A stretch of DNA of 63,854 nucleotides, the filler included, from an uncultured Methanosarcinales archaeon (lineage in GTDB: Archaea > Nanobdellota > Nanobdellia > Woesearchaeales > JABMPP01), in the NCBI GenBank assembly GCA_964604995.1. It is 4 parts of 4 records of this genome, joined end to end, with 100 filler letters (N's around TTAATTAATTAA, not from the genome) between each part and the next. Parts side by side here need not be neighbours in the genome. Positions count along the whole stretch, not along the records: positions 35,487 to 50,262 come from CAZSAD010000036.1; positions 50,363 to 63,854 come from CAZSAD010000038.1; 2 more parts are not named here. One strand, written 5' to 3'. Under the pieces are notes generated by a model, which was not told the origin of the DNA, made no database searches, and saw only the letters and a program-made list of their open reading frames with translations. The position numbers and the translations under genes were made by a program. Positions 38,401 to 50,576 of the stretch are shown here, piece by piece (position 1 is the stretch's first letter; every line of letters starts with the position of its first letter).

Positions 38401-41400
38401 AATATTCCATTAAGGTACCATTCATAATAATATGTAACATTTCCTCCTGTGCTTGTTGCATTACAATACCCAATAAGCGAATCAGTTGTAAGATACAATA
38501 TTTTTGTACCAATATTTGAACTTATCATAATGGGGAAATTAGGATTAGTATAATTAAGTGTATAAGGATACCAATCATTTCCAAATCCAGACCAATTCCC
38601 TCCAACTTTTGTTGCATTAAATGGTCTAAAAGATCCAATATCTGCATAACTATTTCCATCAGTATCTGTAATTTCAAATGTATTCCATGCTCCTACTCCG
38701 TTTGCGAAATAATAAATATTTCCTACACCTAACCCATTAATTGTAGTGTTAAAATTATTTGTTACATTAGAATTATTTATCCATATTGTTGTTGTAAAAT
38801 TATTCTGATAAAAAAGATTATTTCCAGAATTTGAATCAATTAATACACCAATAGTTGTTCCGTTGGTTCCATTTATTGCGTTGAATGCACCGGCAGATGA
38901 TCCCCTATTACCTCTAATACCAAAAGTTAAATTATAAATTATATTCGAGCTAAAATTATTGTTACTTGAATTTATTATTACTATTCCAGCACTATTTCCA
39001 CTACTGCTTCCATTTCCTCCAGGACCACTATAAGTGCAATTCCCACCATTGCCTCCACGTCCTGAAATTAAATTAAAAATTAAATTATTATTAATCAAAG
39101 ATTCATTAAATGATTCTATTTGGATTGCAATACTTGAACCAGTATCTCCACCACTTCCCGCTCCGTAAGCTCCATTATTTCCGCTTCCACCACTACCTGT
39201 AGTAATATTATTAATATTGTTGTTTAAAATATATATTTTACTTCCCGAATAGAAATATATTCCTAAAGATTTTCCTGATGATCCTCCAAAGTTTCCTTCA
39301 TTATCTGCAGCTACTAATGCTCCTCCTCCATTCCCAGATTTAACACCTGTTATGGTATTATTAGAGATGGTAATATTTTGTGAAGATAATGTATATATTG
39401 CAGATACATTTCCTGATCCTCCACTTATACCAGAATCATACACACTTGGATTACCAGCATTTCCACCATTACCTGAAATCATTTGTACAAAAGTATTATT
39501 GTTTATTTGCACATTTGAAGAGGCAGTTATTAACAAACCATAAATTAATCCCGAATTACTTGCATTTCCACCATTGCCATACCACGTAGATGTTCCTCCA
39601 TTTCCACCATTACCTGATATCATTTTTGTAATATTATTATTGGTAAAATTATTATTATTAGATATGTTAAATATCACTGCAAAAATATTTCCTGCACTTC
39701 CACCATTTCCTCCAGGATTAGAAGAACCTCCACCACCAGTCCCACCATTACCTGAAGTAAAATTGAAAAGAGTATTTTTGTCAATAACAATATTTGACGC
39801 AGAGTAAATATATATTCCATAAACATTTCCACCATTTCCTCCAGGTTTAGCAGCAGTAGTATCTACCGAAGAATAACCATTTCCTGCTTTAATATTTTGC
39901 AGGGTGTTTAATGTAAGATTAGTATTATTTGCAAGAACGTAAATACCATATATTGAAGAAGTGTTACATCCATCACCTGTGCATCCTATACCATATATAT
40001 CTTTAATGGTGTTGTTATAAATCACAGCATTTGTAGCACTTGTATTTGCATAAATTCCTATTGTATAATTACTTATAATACAATTTTGTACTTTAACTCC
40101 TGAAACATTTATTATTATAGCAGCAAGATTATTTGTTCTATTTCCTGTAATCTCATATCCTTGGCAATCAAATAAAATATCTGTTCCTATAACATTAAAG
40201 CAAGAAGTTGTATTACTTCTAACAGATACATTTAACAAATAAGTTGTACTTGTTACATTAAGATTTCTACAAGAATTAACTTGTATAGGTGGTAAAGCTA
40301 TAATTATTGTATTATTTGACGTTGCAGATAAGAATTCTGTTCCACTACAAGAAACTGTATAGTTGAATGTTCCACTTGTAGCAAATGTAGTATTATCATA
40401 ATATAATTTATTTGTACCATTAAATGTCATATTAATTATGTTCGAATAATTCGTACTATATGCAATAGTGCAGTTAGCAGGGGAAACTGCAATGCCACTT
40501 GAAGTATTGGTATAATTTGCATAGAAATAAATATTCTGATTAACTCCTTTAGTATTATTCCCATCATAAAGTAAACTATTATTTTCATTGTTATCCCAAA
40601 TTGTTAAAGAAGTATTTTCGACAGTAGAATAATTACTAAATCCTGAGACATTAAATGTTAAATTTGTTCCAGTAAATGCAAGTTGTACACAAGTTGTACA
40701 TACTTGACCATTCTTAAATATTATAGGTTGAGTGTATGGGATATTATACATTGTAATATTTGCACTAGAATTAAATGTTGAGTGTAATCTTGAAGTATTT
40801 ACATTTATGAATCCAGATGATATTAAAATTTCATTATCAAAATTGGTACCACTCGCATTAATATTATTGTTCCAAGATATTTTTCCAATTCCTTGTTTTT
40901 CAATTACTGCTCCTGATAGATCAGCTAATTGTGATTGTGTATACAAACAGAAATTTGTTGTGTTTCCATTAAATGTTTTGCTATAAATATTACATTCAAT
41001 TACAGTTCCATTTTGTCCACCAAAATTACTTCCACTCTCATTAGCTTTTCCACCAGCTAATGCTAATTTCGTTCCACTATAAGTACTTGAAACATATTCA
41101 ATATATATTCTTCCTCCACCTCCACCTCCTCCATATTTATCTCCTGCAGCACTACTATAACTTCCTAAACTACCATGAGCACTAATACTTCCTGAACCAT
41201 CAATTTTATTTGTGAGAATAATAATTCCTCCTCCTGATCCGCCTCCTCCACCTGCTTCACCAGATGAGCCATCAGTGCCTATTGAACCATTAGCAATTAT
41301 AGAACCATTTATTACAATTGTATCTCTCACATTTAATTTTACAAATCCTCCCCCAGCTCCTCCAGTTCCACCATCTGTTCTATTGTTGGTTCCACCACCA

Positions 41401-44400
41401 CTTCCAGGTTGATCAAATGATATAGAAGAGTTATAAGTAGAACCAGGTACAGCTGGAATTGTACCATCCATACCAAACTTACTTCCATTACCTCCTATTC
41501 CACCATACCCGGCGCCTGATGCACTATACCCATATGTTCCAAGTGTAGGAACCGTGCCAGCACCAGGTCCAAATGTTGCAGCATATCCTTTACCAGTCAC
41601 ATCAATACTTCCACCTGGGTAAATAGTAATATTTGTTGCATTAATTTCAAGCCAATAAACTTTTGAATTGTTATTTGCAGAATGTGTTATTTTACCTCCA
41701 CTTAAAACATTTAAGATACTAACATTCAATGATCCCTCTATTGTTTTTACAGTTGTTATGTTGCAAAATGTTGTGTAAGAACCAGCATCACAAATTGTTA
41801 CCTCTCCACCAACTGTTTCTGTTAATGTTCCAACTTCACCAGCTTCAGCACCCTGACTTCCACCAACACCTTGATTTGATTGTGTTCCATACTCAACTCC
41901 AGCTTCTCCAACTCCTCCACTATAATTAGTAATTCCATTAAATGTTTTTGTAACATACGAATATAATATTCTACCACCTGCTCCACCGCCTCCATACTTA
42001 TAAGCAATGCTTCCTCCACCATTTCCACCTTTTACACTAATTGTTCCAGATCCATCAATAGTATTAGCATATATTATAATTGAACCACCAGCTCCACCAG
42101 CACTACCTCCTGCTCCACTTTGTCCAGGTAATCCATTTGTTCCGTCGGCTAATAACAATCCATTTACTGTAATTGTTGAAGAAATATTTAAATTAACAAA
42201 TCCTCCACCAGCTCCTCCACTAACCAAATATCCTGCTCCTCCTCCTGATCCCATTTCTGAGAAATTTGCAGAATTATTGTATGCTATACCTCCAATAGTA
42301 GCCGATCCCCAATAAGATTTAGCACCATCTCCTCCTCTCCCACCATAACCTGCACCTGCACCACCAAAATTACAATCACTACATGATGTGCCTGCTCCAG
42401 GTCCATTCGAAGCTGAATATCCTTTTCCACTAATATTAATCATACCTCCAGAATAAATTGTCATCGAAGTTGCAATTATTGTCATGGTGTTTGTTTTAGC
42501 ATTTGTATTTGTAGAATGAGTTATTTTACCACCGCTTAAAATATTTAAAACATTAAATGTCTGACTTCCATCAAGAGTTTTTGCAGTTGAAATATTACAA
42601 ACTGTACTAGTATCTCCAGCATCGCAACTAATTGCACTAGTTGTGAATGTATCATTAGTTGCATTGAAAATTGAAGTTGAATTCGCTGTTAAATTATTTG
42701 TATAATTCAAAACAAATGCATGGTATGCATTTAATATTGCAAAGTATCTATCATTAGTAAAAATAACTTCTCCAGTTTGAGTTAATAATCTTTTTTTCTC
42801 ATCAACATTTAAATTTGTAAATGTAGATGATTTATTTTCTGATAATAATAAAGTAGTTCCAGAAACAAATGGTACACTAAAGCTTGTTCCAGAAGTTGAT
42901 ATTTCTAATCCATTAAGTCCTAAAGTTAAAACATTTTTACCAGGTGCTAAAAGTATTGTTGCATTGTTATAACTTGTAAACTCAGCAAGTGCATTTTCTT
43001 TTGTGGATGCGCCAACTGCAAGTGCTCCTTTGCTACAAGCTGGACTCTTAATTTGATTAAATCCATCATTACCCGTTGCTGCAATTATTAATGTGCCATT
43101 TGCAGACATTTCATCCACTTTTTGTGCAACAAAATCATTATCACAATATCCTGAATAATTTCCAGCACCAACACTGATACTAACTATGCTAATATTGTTA
43201 TCAGCGCAATATTGCAATCCTGCTAATATATCACTTTGATATCCTATTCCATCTTTGTCCAATATTTTTACAGAATATATTATTGATTTGGGAGCAATCT
43301 CATAAATTATATTTGATACAGCTGTACCATGGCCATTATCGTCCAATGGATCTTCAACACCAGTGATAATATTCTTACCAAATACAGTTGAATTTAATGT
43401 TAAATTAAACAAATTATAATTAATACCTGTATCAAGTATGCAAACTTTAATTCCATCTCCTGTTAAATTCAATGCTTTCAAATCAGAAATTCTAGTTAAA
43501 TTAATACTTTCTTTTGTAAGCATGCTAACTTTTTGATCTAATACAATCTCACTATATTCACTGCTATTTTCAACTAATGCAAGATTTTCACTCGTAAGTT
43601 CTAATGATACACTATCTTTTGTTTTTTGTTTAGCAACAATTACATTTGATGAATTAAATACTCTAATAATATCATCAGCTAATTTATTTTCATTTTGCAA
43701 TGTAGATTCTAATTTTATTTTTGATCTTAATTCTTTAATTTCTTTATTTGTTAAATTAGAATTTTTAATCTTTTCTTTTAAATCTTCTAAATAATTATCT
43801 TCAAGAACAATTAATTCATTTGTCAAAATATTATTATCTGCTTTTGTTACAATATCATTAAATGTATTAATCTCTTTTATATTTTTCTTAGCAATAACTC
43901 TAATTTTGCCATCAGTTTCTATTTTGTCTAATACTTTTTTATCTATCTTCACTTTTTTATCTAATTTATTATCAGTTACATTCTTTGTATCTTTCTTAAT
44001 AATCTCACTAACATTTGATAAGCTAATTGTATAAGTAATATTATTAATTTCTAATGTTGCATTTTCAATTTCCACAATTAATGAATACTCTCCAGGAATT
44101 AAATTTATATTGCATGTATCACTACATTCACTAGTGAAATCTAGTTTTTCTTTGTCAACAAATCTAGCGTCAAGTTCAACCCATCCAGATGATCTTATTT
44201 TAGATCCTAAATCAATTAACTGTGCTCTAATTTTATTTTCTTTACTTGCACCATTTTTACCAACATATACATAATAAGTATCATTCCAATTATCAGAACT
44301 TGAAAGTAATCCTGCCATTTCACAGCAGCTATTTGTACCATAACATTCATAGGCAGATGTTAAATTATTTTCTGAATAAACTTCCCATCTTGTACATGTA

Positions 44401-45095
44401 CTATTAGAAATATTTGCAATTGTGCTTCTTGCTATTGAATAATCAATTACACCATCAATGTATTCTACCCCATTGTTATCAGAATCAAATCTACTTTCAT
44501 TTTTATATTCTAATATCACTTTGAAATTTTCATCTTCATAAGTATCAATTGTTTTTGTAGCTAAGGGTAGTGAGGTAATTAAGTGTAGTCCTTTTTGTAA
44601 ATTATTTGAATCAAATATTTTATAAGTTGAATTCCTAGTCGATAAATACAATCTTCCATATCCTTCACCAATAATTCTACCAGATACTTTAATGGAAGAT
44701 AAGTTTCCTTCATACGCTGGTATCCATATTGTTTCACTAGTGGATGTAACTATTAATCCTAAATTATCTGAATATGTAACTCCAGGTTCACCAATACTAA
44801 ATCCAGTTATTTTAGTTAGATAAGGCATTGCAAAAATCATTGCAATTAATATAATTGCAATTGGAATTGCAACTTTACCAATACTAACTTTCTTGATTTC
44901 TTTTATTCTCTTTTCAAGATAATCTATATTTTTATTTGATTCAATTATCCATTCATGTAATCTTTTGCCTTCATGGATAATTGATCCTTTAGCCTCAAGA
45001 CTATCTTGGATTTTGTCTCTAAATTCCTTCCATTGCCTAAGTCTTAGCTCTAGGAATTTAAGATTCTCTTTTCCTTTAGTCCTTTGGCTATTCAT
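35487..45095 (-). CDS. giant (>3200 aa, 3' truncated) membrane-anchored S8 subtilase / Gly-rich / beta-helix / RCC1 / Ig-repeat surface protein
   Basis: N-terminal TM helix; catalytic triad motifs ILDTG, NGHGT, GTSFS; GxGxGG-rich blocks; parallel beta-helix; RCC1-type HTCA...CWG.N..G.LGDGTTT repeats; C-terminal ~105-aa repeats. Confidence 0.92.
35560..36800 (-). repeat. four tandem ~315-nt Ig-like coding repeats
   Basis: GYCNATD...W.LNG...QGLEIN(V/I)...W.LSCQ repeats; a block of about 120 nt is identical at about 35892 and 36525. Confidence 0.85.
36975..38070 (-). repeat. seven RCC1/BLIP-II-type beta-propeller repeats
   Basis: Seven CWG...GDGTTT units about 52-57 aa apart. Confidence 0.85.
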
Positions 45096-45574
45096 GTTTT
45101 ATTTTTGCCTCTCGCGTTGTAGTACGTCGCCCAAATGGTGCTATTTTTTCGATTGAGTAAAGTAGAAATATCACTCACGGAAATTTTCTTGACATCTTTT
45201 AAATACAAAACAACATGCTCTAAAACTCCGATTCTCCTGTTAGAAAATATTGAAATTGGAATTTTTTCCAAACTTTTTTTGTTAAGTTTTGATTTGAGAT
45301 TTTTTATGGCATCATTATATGTAACCCAAATTGTTCTTTGGTCTCTTTTGAGAAGTTTTGCTATTTGGCTATACTTTAGCTTTTTATCTTCTTTTAAATA
45401 TTTAACAAGTGCTTCAAGTGGTCCAATGCTGTGCGAGAAAATAGAAACCGGAACATACTCTTTTTCGTCGTAAAGTGATAGAAAATCTTCTTTTGTTAAA
45501 CCGTAGTCTTGCTTGTACTTAGTTATAGTTTCCTTTAGCAATCTAAGTCTTTCAAGTTTACTTTCTTTACTCAA
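45092..45574 (-). CDS. tandem-HTH (sigma region 4-like) DNA-binding protein
   Basis: Two repeats of (V/I)P(V/I)SIFS...LE..V.YLK...I..LL.R...TIW.TY; AAGGTG RBS plus TTG start; ATGA overlap with the giant gene. Confidence 0.85.
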   Translation of the reverse strand: MSKESKLERLRLLKETITKYKQDYGLTKEDFLSLYDEKEYVPVSIFSHSIGPLEALVKYLKEDKKLKYSQIAKLLKRDQRTIWVTYNDAIKNLKSKLNKKSLEKIPISIFSNRRIGVLEHVVLYLKDVKKISVSDISTLLNRKNSTIWATYYNARGKNKT

Positions 45575-45845
45575 TCTAACAGCACCTTAAGTTCATTTAC
45601 GCGCGAATAATCTCATTTTGGCAGTTTTCATATATAAATTTACTTATTTAATAGTAAATTTTACTTATCTAATAGCAAAATTAGAAAATCAAGAAATCTA
45701 TCCTCTTTTTGGCAAATTTTAATATTAAATCAAAAAAATACTTTTAGAATTCTTTAAAAATGACAAATTAAAAAATCCAGAAATAATTATTATCTTATTA
45801 TTTAAAATTATTGCCTATTATCCATATGTTTATTTTATTATTAAT

Positions 45846-47705
45846 CTAAACAGAGTTTGGAATTCTAATTATAGGGTCAAAATTTACAATTCTAACTAAT
45901 GGATTTCCATTTTTCATCTCAACAACATAATCTCCAGATATAACATATGCTTCTTGCTTTTTTTCAATTCCTAATTTTTTCAAACTAAGTTCAATATCTA
46001 CAATTTGTTTCCAAATTTCACCTTTATATTTTGGATTTTTCTTTATAAATTCTTCAGCATTTTGTCCATATAATTTAGTATAAACTGCAAAATTTCCTTT
46101 TGGTTTGTTATAATACAAAGGATATTTATCATCATCATTACTGACCCATTTTTTATTCATCTCAGGATATACTATTAAGATTTCAAGAGCAGGAATGCCT
46201 TTTTCAAGAGCTAATTTCCAATCATTCAAAACTTTAGCATTTACAATATATCTAATAAATCCCTTAAACTTTCCACCTAAAAATAAAATCCTATCACCTG
46301 AAAACTTATCTCCTCCATGGGAATCCAAGACTCTTGCAAAAATTTTTTGTGACAACTTTTTTTTGTTCAAGCTTTTAAAATTATTAAAAATTATATTTTC
46401 AGCAATCTTTGTTTTTCCTGTTTTTTCCCAAATCATATGTGCAAGCTCAGTATTTAATTCTAATTCAGCAAGACCTTCTATAGGGTCTAAATACCTAGAA
46501 TAATTCTTGTAAATTGACCTTAAAATTAATTTTTCAAATTCAATATCATTGAACTTTCCAATGATTTGTATTAACTGTCTTCCTGAATTTAAAATTCCAT
46601 TTTCTTTTTCTGCAATTTGTTGAATACTTACAAATCCATATTCACAATAATACATTGTTAGCTCTGACTTTGTTGATAATGCTAATTCAACAATCTCATC
46701 AATTCCTATTTTTTCAATTAATTCTCTAAGATTTAACCAGGCATATTGTAACTCAACCATGTGTTCCTTTTGCATTTTAATAAACATTGGCCACTTTGCT
46801 TTTGAAGCATGCTCTGCAATTTTTGCAAAGCTAATTAATATTTTTTCAATACTATATTTTGAAAAAGTATTTTTATAATTTCCAAAATACCAAAAAGTCC
46901 AACCCCACATAGTATTAAGCCCATTTTCTTTACTATATTGCATTGCTTTTACAATTGAACTTATGCCTTGCTTTAATACCAACTCTATAATTTCATCGTT
47001 AGTTTTTTCTTTTTCAACACTCCAAAATGCATGTATAAAATAAGTTGTCTCATTAAGCAAAGTCTTTGAAATTTCAGCTATTGGCCACAATCCTTCTTTA
47101 ATAATTATCTTTTCAATGTGGTATAAATTCTCAAAAAAGAATTTAGCATCAGAAAGAGCTCCAGTTCCAGGATAATAATTTGTTGCTATATTTTTTACAA
47201 TGGTCATAACACTTTCCCATTCTTTGAGTAATATTTCTGTTAGTTTTGCTGATGCTTTACCAAAATTATAATCTAATCTTCTTAAAAATTCCATTTTTTT
47301 AGAAGTAATATCATCAGGTTTCATGGCAAGAAAATCATCTGCAACACTATCAACATCTTCTGTCAATTCTTTAACCCACTGCTCTTTTGATTTTGAATTG
47401 ACTGGATGATTCAAAATCTTCAAAAGTGTTGCAATATCATCTTCACTTTTTCTATAATAATTTATAAGTGGGTATTCCTCGGATTTACTATGATAATCAA
47501 AATTGGTGTAAAGTTTTGAATGATTTAACATATCTTTTAGAATTCTAGCTAATTTTTTTGTGTCATTAGACATATTTTTAATTTCTTTTTGACTCTCTTT
47601 ACTATACAACAAAGCTTGGTCTCTTTTGAAAGCTTGCAACACTTTTTGAAAATGTTTTTTTAAGTCTTCAAGAGTTTGAATCTCTAAAGATTTATCATCT
47701 ACCAT
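45846..47705 (-). CDS. hypothetical 619-aa helical protein with possible degenerate kinase-like C-terminal domain
   Basis: Long ORF; C-terminal KGIPALEIL...LKKLGI...GDYVVE...VRIVNFD resembles kinase-like subdomains VI-VII. Confidence 0.65.
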   Translation of the reverse strand: MVDDKSLEIQTLEDLKKHFQKVLQAFKRDQALLYSKESQKEIKNMSNDTKKLARILKDMLNHSKLYTNFDYHSKSEEYPLINYYRKSEDDIATLLKILNHPVNSKSKEQWVKELTEDVDSVADDFLAMKPDDITSKKMEFLRRLDYNFGKASAKLTEILLKEWESVMTIVKNIATNYYPGTGALSDAKFFFENLYHIEKIIIKEGLWPIAEISKTLLNETTYFIHAFWSVEKEKTNDEIIELVLKQGISSIVKAMQYSKENGLNTMWGWTFWYFGNYKNTFSKYSIEKILISFAKIAEHASKAKWPMFIKMQKEHMVELQYAWLNLRELIEKIGIDEIVELALSTKSELTMYYCEYGFVSIQQIAEKENGILNSGRQLIQIIGKFNDIEFEKLILRSIYKNYSRYLDPIEGLAELELNTELAHMIWEKTGKTKIAENIIFNNFKSLNKKKLSQKIFARVLDSHGGDKFSGDRILFLGGKFKGFIRYIVNAKVLNDWKLALEKGIPALEILIVYPEMNKKWVSNDDDKYPLYYNKPKGNFAVYTKLYGQNAEEFIKKNPKYKGEIWKQIVDIELSLKKLGIEKKQEAYVISGDYVVEMKNGNPLVRIVNFDPIIRIPNSV

Positions 47706-47847
47706 TACCTAATTTTAAATAAATAGGTATAAATAACTTTCTAAAGAATCTCTAAACGATTTCTTAAATTTAATAATAAAAATCCTAAGAAAACATTAAA
47801 TAAAAAATTTAAAATATAAAAACTAATAAAAAAATAAATTAAAAATC

Positions 47848-48849
47848 TTAGAGATCTTTTATTCCATCCATTTCAACCATATAGGCTGCTTCTCCTTCTG
47901 GCATGCATGGTGAATCAACAAGCTTTGCAACTCTTGAGCCTTTCTTACCTTTTCTTAAATACATCCTATAAGTTGATGCGTGCGCAACAACATGCCCTCC
48001 AATTGCTGCAGTTGGATCTCCAAAAAATGTATCTGGCTTTGACATTACTTGATTTGTTACATAAACACAAACATTATGTGTATCAGCAAGTCTTAGTAAT
48101 GCATGCATATGTTTGTTTAATTTTTGCTGTCTTTCAGCAAGTGTTCCTCTTCCAATAAACTCTGCTCTAAAATGCGCAGTTAATGAATCAACAACAACAA
48201 GTTTCACATTTAATCCTTGTTTTTTGATTAAATCATCAACCTTTTCAACAAGCAGCATCTGATGGTCTGAATTAAATGCTCTTGCAACTTTAATATGTTT
48301 TAATACATCATCAGAATCAAGCTTCAATCCTTCTGCAAATTGCTTTATTCTCTCTGGTCTAAATGTGTTTTCAGTATCAATATAAACAGCAATTGGATCT
48401 TTTTCGCCTTCTATCATTTGTGACCTAACAGCTAACATATGTCCTATTTGTGTTTTACCTGAACCAAATTCACCGTATGCTTCAGTTATAGCTCCTGTTT
48501 CAAATCCACCGCCGAGTAAATTGTCAAGAGCTTTGCATCCAGTATATATTTTTTGAACATTTAATCTTCTTTTTAATATTTCATCACCAGATTCAAATCC
48601 CATTTCAAGTGAATCTCTTGATGCTTGAATCATTTTTCTAGCAATAGCTTCACTAACACCTGCAATTTCAACAAGTTCTCCTGGTGACGCTACTGCTATA
48701 GATAGTAAATCTGTATAACCCACAGTTGTTAACTTTTCAGCTGTTGCTGCGCCAACTCCAGGCAAATCAATTACACTAACTATTTTTTTTGCTTTTTTTG
48801 TTTCGATTATTTCTTCTTCCATTAAAATCACTTCTTGTTGTCTACCCAT
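47848..48849 (-). CDS. radA: DNA repair and recombination protein RadA
   Basis: N-terminal Hh[36 protein letters not shown]. Confidence 0.98.
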   Translation of the reverse strand: MGRQQEVILMEEEIIETKKAKKIVSVIDLPGVGAATAEKLTTVGYTDLLSIAVASPGELVEIAGVSEAIARKMIQASRDSLEMGFESGDEILKRRLNVQKIYTGCKALDNLLGGGFETGAITEAYGEFGSGKTQIGHMLAVRSQMIEGEKDPIAVYIDTENTFRPERIKQFAEGLKLDSDDVLKHIKVARAFNSDHQMLLVEKVDDLIKKQGLNVKLVVVDSLTAHFRAEFIGRGTLAERQQKLNKHMHALLRLADTHNVCVYVTNQVMSKPDTFFGDPTAAIGGHVVAHASTYRMYLRKGKKGSRVAKLVDSPCMPEGEAAYMVEMDGIKDL

Positions 48850-48869
48850 TTTTAATCACCTTTTCACGT

Positions 48870-49163
48870 TTATATAACTATCTCTTCTTCAATATCAGTT
48901 GCGATAGCATTTTGGCTATCGCTGCTATCTTTGAGTACAATGTATTCGTATGCTTTGTTTAGTACCAGTGTTGCTTTTGGTAAATCACTAACTCGCATAG
49001 AACTAGTTGACTGCCACTTATTCTTTTTATCTAAATATACACGTTGTAGTGTTATTGTCCTGTAATTTGTGGCTTTGCCGTCTTTCTTTATTTCATTCTG
49101 CCAAATTGTTGCAGAAATTGCACCAGTTGAAATTTTTTTCTCTGGTGTATTTTTTTCTTCCAT
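48870..49163 (-). CDS. small protein, putative ssDNA-binding (PC4-like), co-oriented upstream of radA
   Basis: GAISATIWQN...ITLQRVYLDK..KWQSTSSMRVSDLPK plus an acidic tail; strong RBS GGAGG. Confidence 0.7.
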   Translation of the reverse strand: MEEKNTPEKKISTGAISATIWQNEIKKDGKATNYRTITLQRVYLDKKNKWQSTSSMRVSDLPKATLVLNKAYEYIVLKDSSDSQNAIATDIEEEIVI

Positions 49164-49484
49164 GATATTTGCCTCCTTCCTTTCGGGTTTTGTTTCATCT
49201 GTTTTTCCCTTTGCTTTTCAGGCATTTTGGGAATTGCAGTGGAGCTGTTTGCATTGTTTCAATGCATTCACTTAAGATTTAGTTATTCGAATTTGTTTAA
49301 ATACCTCAGGAGATAAGATGTCTAGTGTCCAGTGATGGTTTCGCCCATCAACGACGATGGTTAGTGCGATTTCACTAAAGTTCAATCGCACGATGAAAAA
49401 TATTTTGATATTTGTCAAACTTCATAAACTCCATGAACAAAGTTCGCTAGATTAGAAAAATAAAATTAATTTCCTTCTTTTTCT

Positions 49485-49712
49485 CTAAAAAATTTTCTTT
49501 AAAATTTTATTACCAAATGCATAAGGGCTAATAAATTCTAAAATAAAACAAACTGCAGCAATAATAAATGAAAAATATGTAAGTATATTTGGTGATATCA
49601 TCCATCCTATCCACACAAAAATTACACCATAAACAAAATATTGAAATGTAAAATTATATTTTGCAAGTGAAAATTTTTCCTCATTATTTTTTATTTTGGA
49701 GTTATTTACCAT
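49485..49712 (-). CDS. small membrane protein (2 TM)
   Basis: Two hydrophobic segments; RBS AGGTG upstream. Confidence 0.6.
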   Translation of the reverse strand: MVNNSKIKNNEEKFSLAKYNFTFQYFVYGVIFVWIGWMISPNILTYFSFIIAAVCFILEFISPYAFGNKILKKIF

Positions 49713-49785
49713 ACACCTAATATTTTTGTTTCGGTTATAAATCTTAGCTAAAATTTATAAATATATCCCCTGTTATTTTTTTACT

Positions 49786-50040
49786 ATGGCAGACAATGAT
49801 TATATGGTATTATATCGAAAAGGTTCAATTATTGGTTCTGGTACATTTTATGTTTCAAGAATTAATGAACTAATCCCAATTGAAGAAGTTCATTCCTTTA
49901 AACTTGAATTTGTAAAAAAATATGAAAATATTGATCCTATTTTAGTTGAAAAAATGATTAATGTCATTAATCCTCATCGTGGAAAACAAGAGCCATTGCT
50001 AGAAAAATTGAATAAACTATTAGAAGAGAACAAAAATTAA
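49786..50040 (+). CDS. hypothetical protein
   Basis: 84-aa ORF about 25 nt after a TATA-like TTTATAAATA. Confidence 0.6.
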   Translation: MADNDYMVLYRKGSIIGSGTFYVSRINELIPIEEVHSFKLEFVKKYENIDPILVEKMINVINPHRGKQEPLLEKLNKLLEENKN

Positions 50041-50060
50041 AATAATTTTATTTCTAAATT

Positions 50061-50262
50061 TTACAAACTAAAACTAATTGATTTTATTTATGAAATCCTA
50101 AATCAGCTGGATTAATATCTCCTGAAACAAAGCAAAGCTTTCCATTTTTTTCTTTAAATTCTTCTCTTAATTTTTTTACTTCTTTTGAAAGTTCTATTGT
50201 CTCTTTTGGTAAATTTATATTTATTATTCCTTTTGACCAATATTTTAAAACAAGTTCACTAT
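50061..50262 (-). CDS. 3' end of an unidentified gene cut by the contig edge
   Basis: Open frame SELVLKYWSKG...GKLCFVSGDINPADLGFHKIKSISFSL*. Confidence 0.45.
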
Positions 50263-50362
50263 NNNNNNNNNNNNNNNNNNNNNNNNNNNNNNNNNNNNNN
50301 NNNNNNTTAATTAATTAANNNNNNNNNNNNNNNNNNNNNNNNNNNNNNNNNNNNNNNNNNNN
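50263..50362. other. artificial contig linker
   Basis: 44 N + TTAATTAATTAA + 44 N. Confidence 0.97.
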
Positions 50363-50576
50363 AGTTATTACTTTCACCTTTTTCAGATAGTAAAATAAAT
50401 CCTTGAAACACTATGTTAAGATCCATTTTTCCTTTTGATGGAACATGAAATCCCAAAGTAATTGCAGAGTTATCTACCTGATGAAGATTATCTAGTTTAG
50501 CACCTATTAAATACTGAAATTCATCTACTAAAAAATAAAGATCCAATGAAGTCAGTTCTTGTTTTTTGTTTGTCAT
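50363..50576 (-). CDS. NFACT/RqcH-family protein, N-terminus only (truncated by contig end)
   Basis: ELTSLDLYFLVDEFQYLIGAKLDNLHQ matches the NFACT-N start pattern. Confidence 0.75.
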
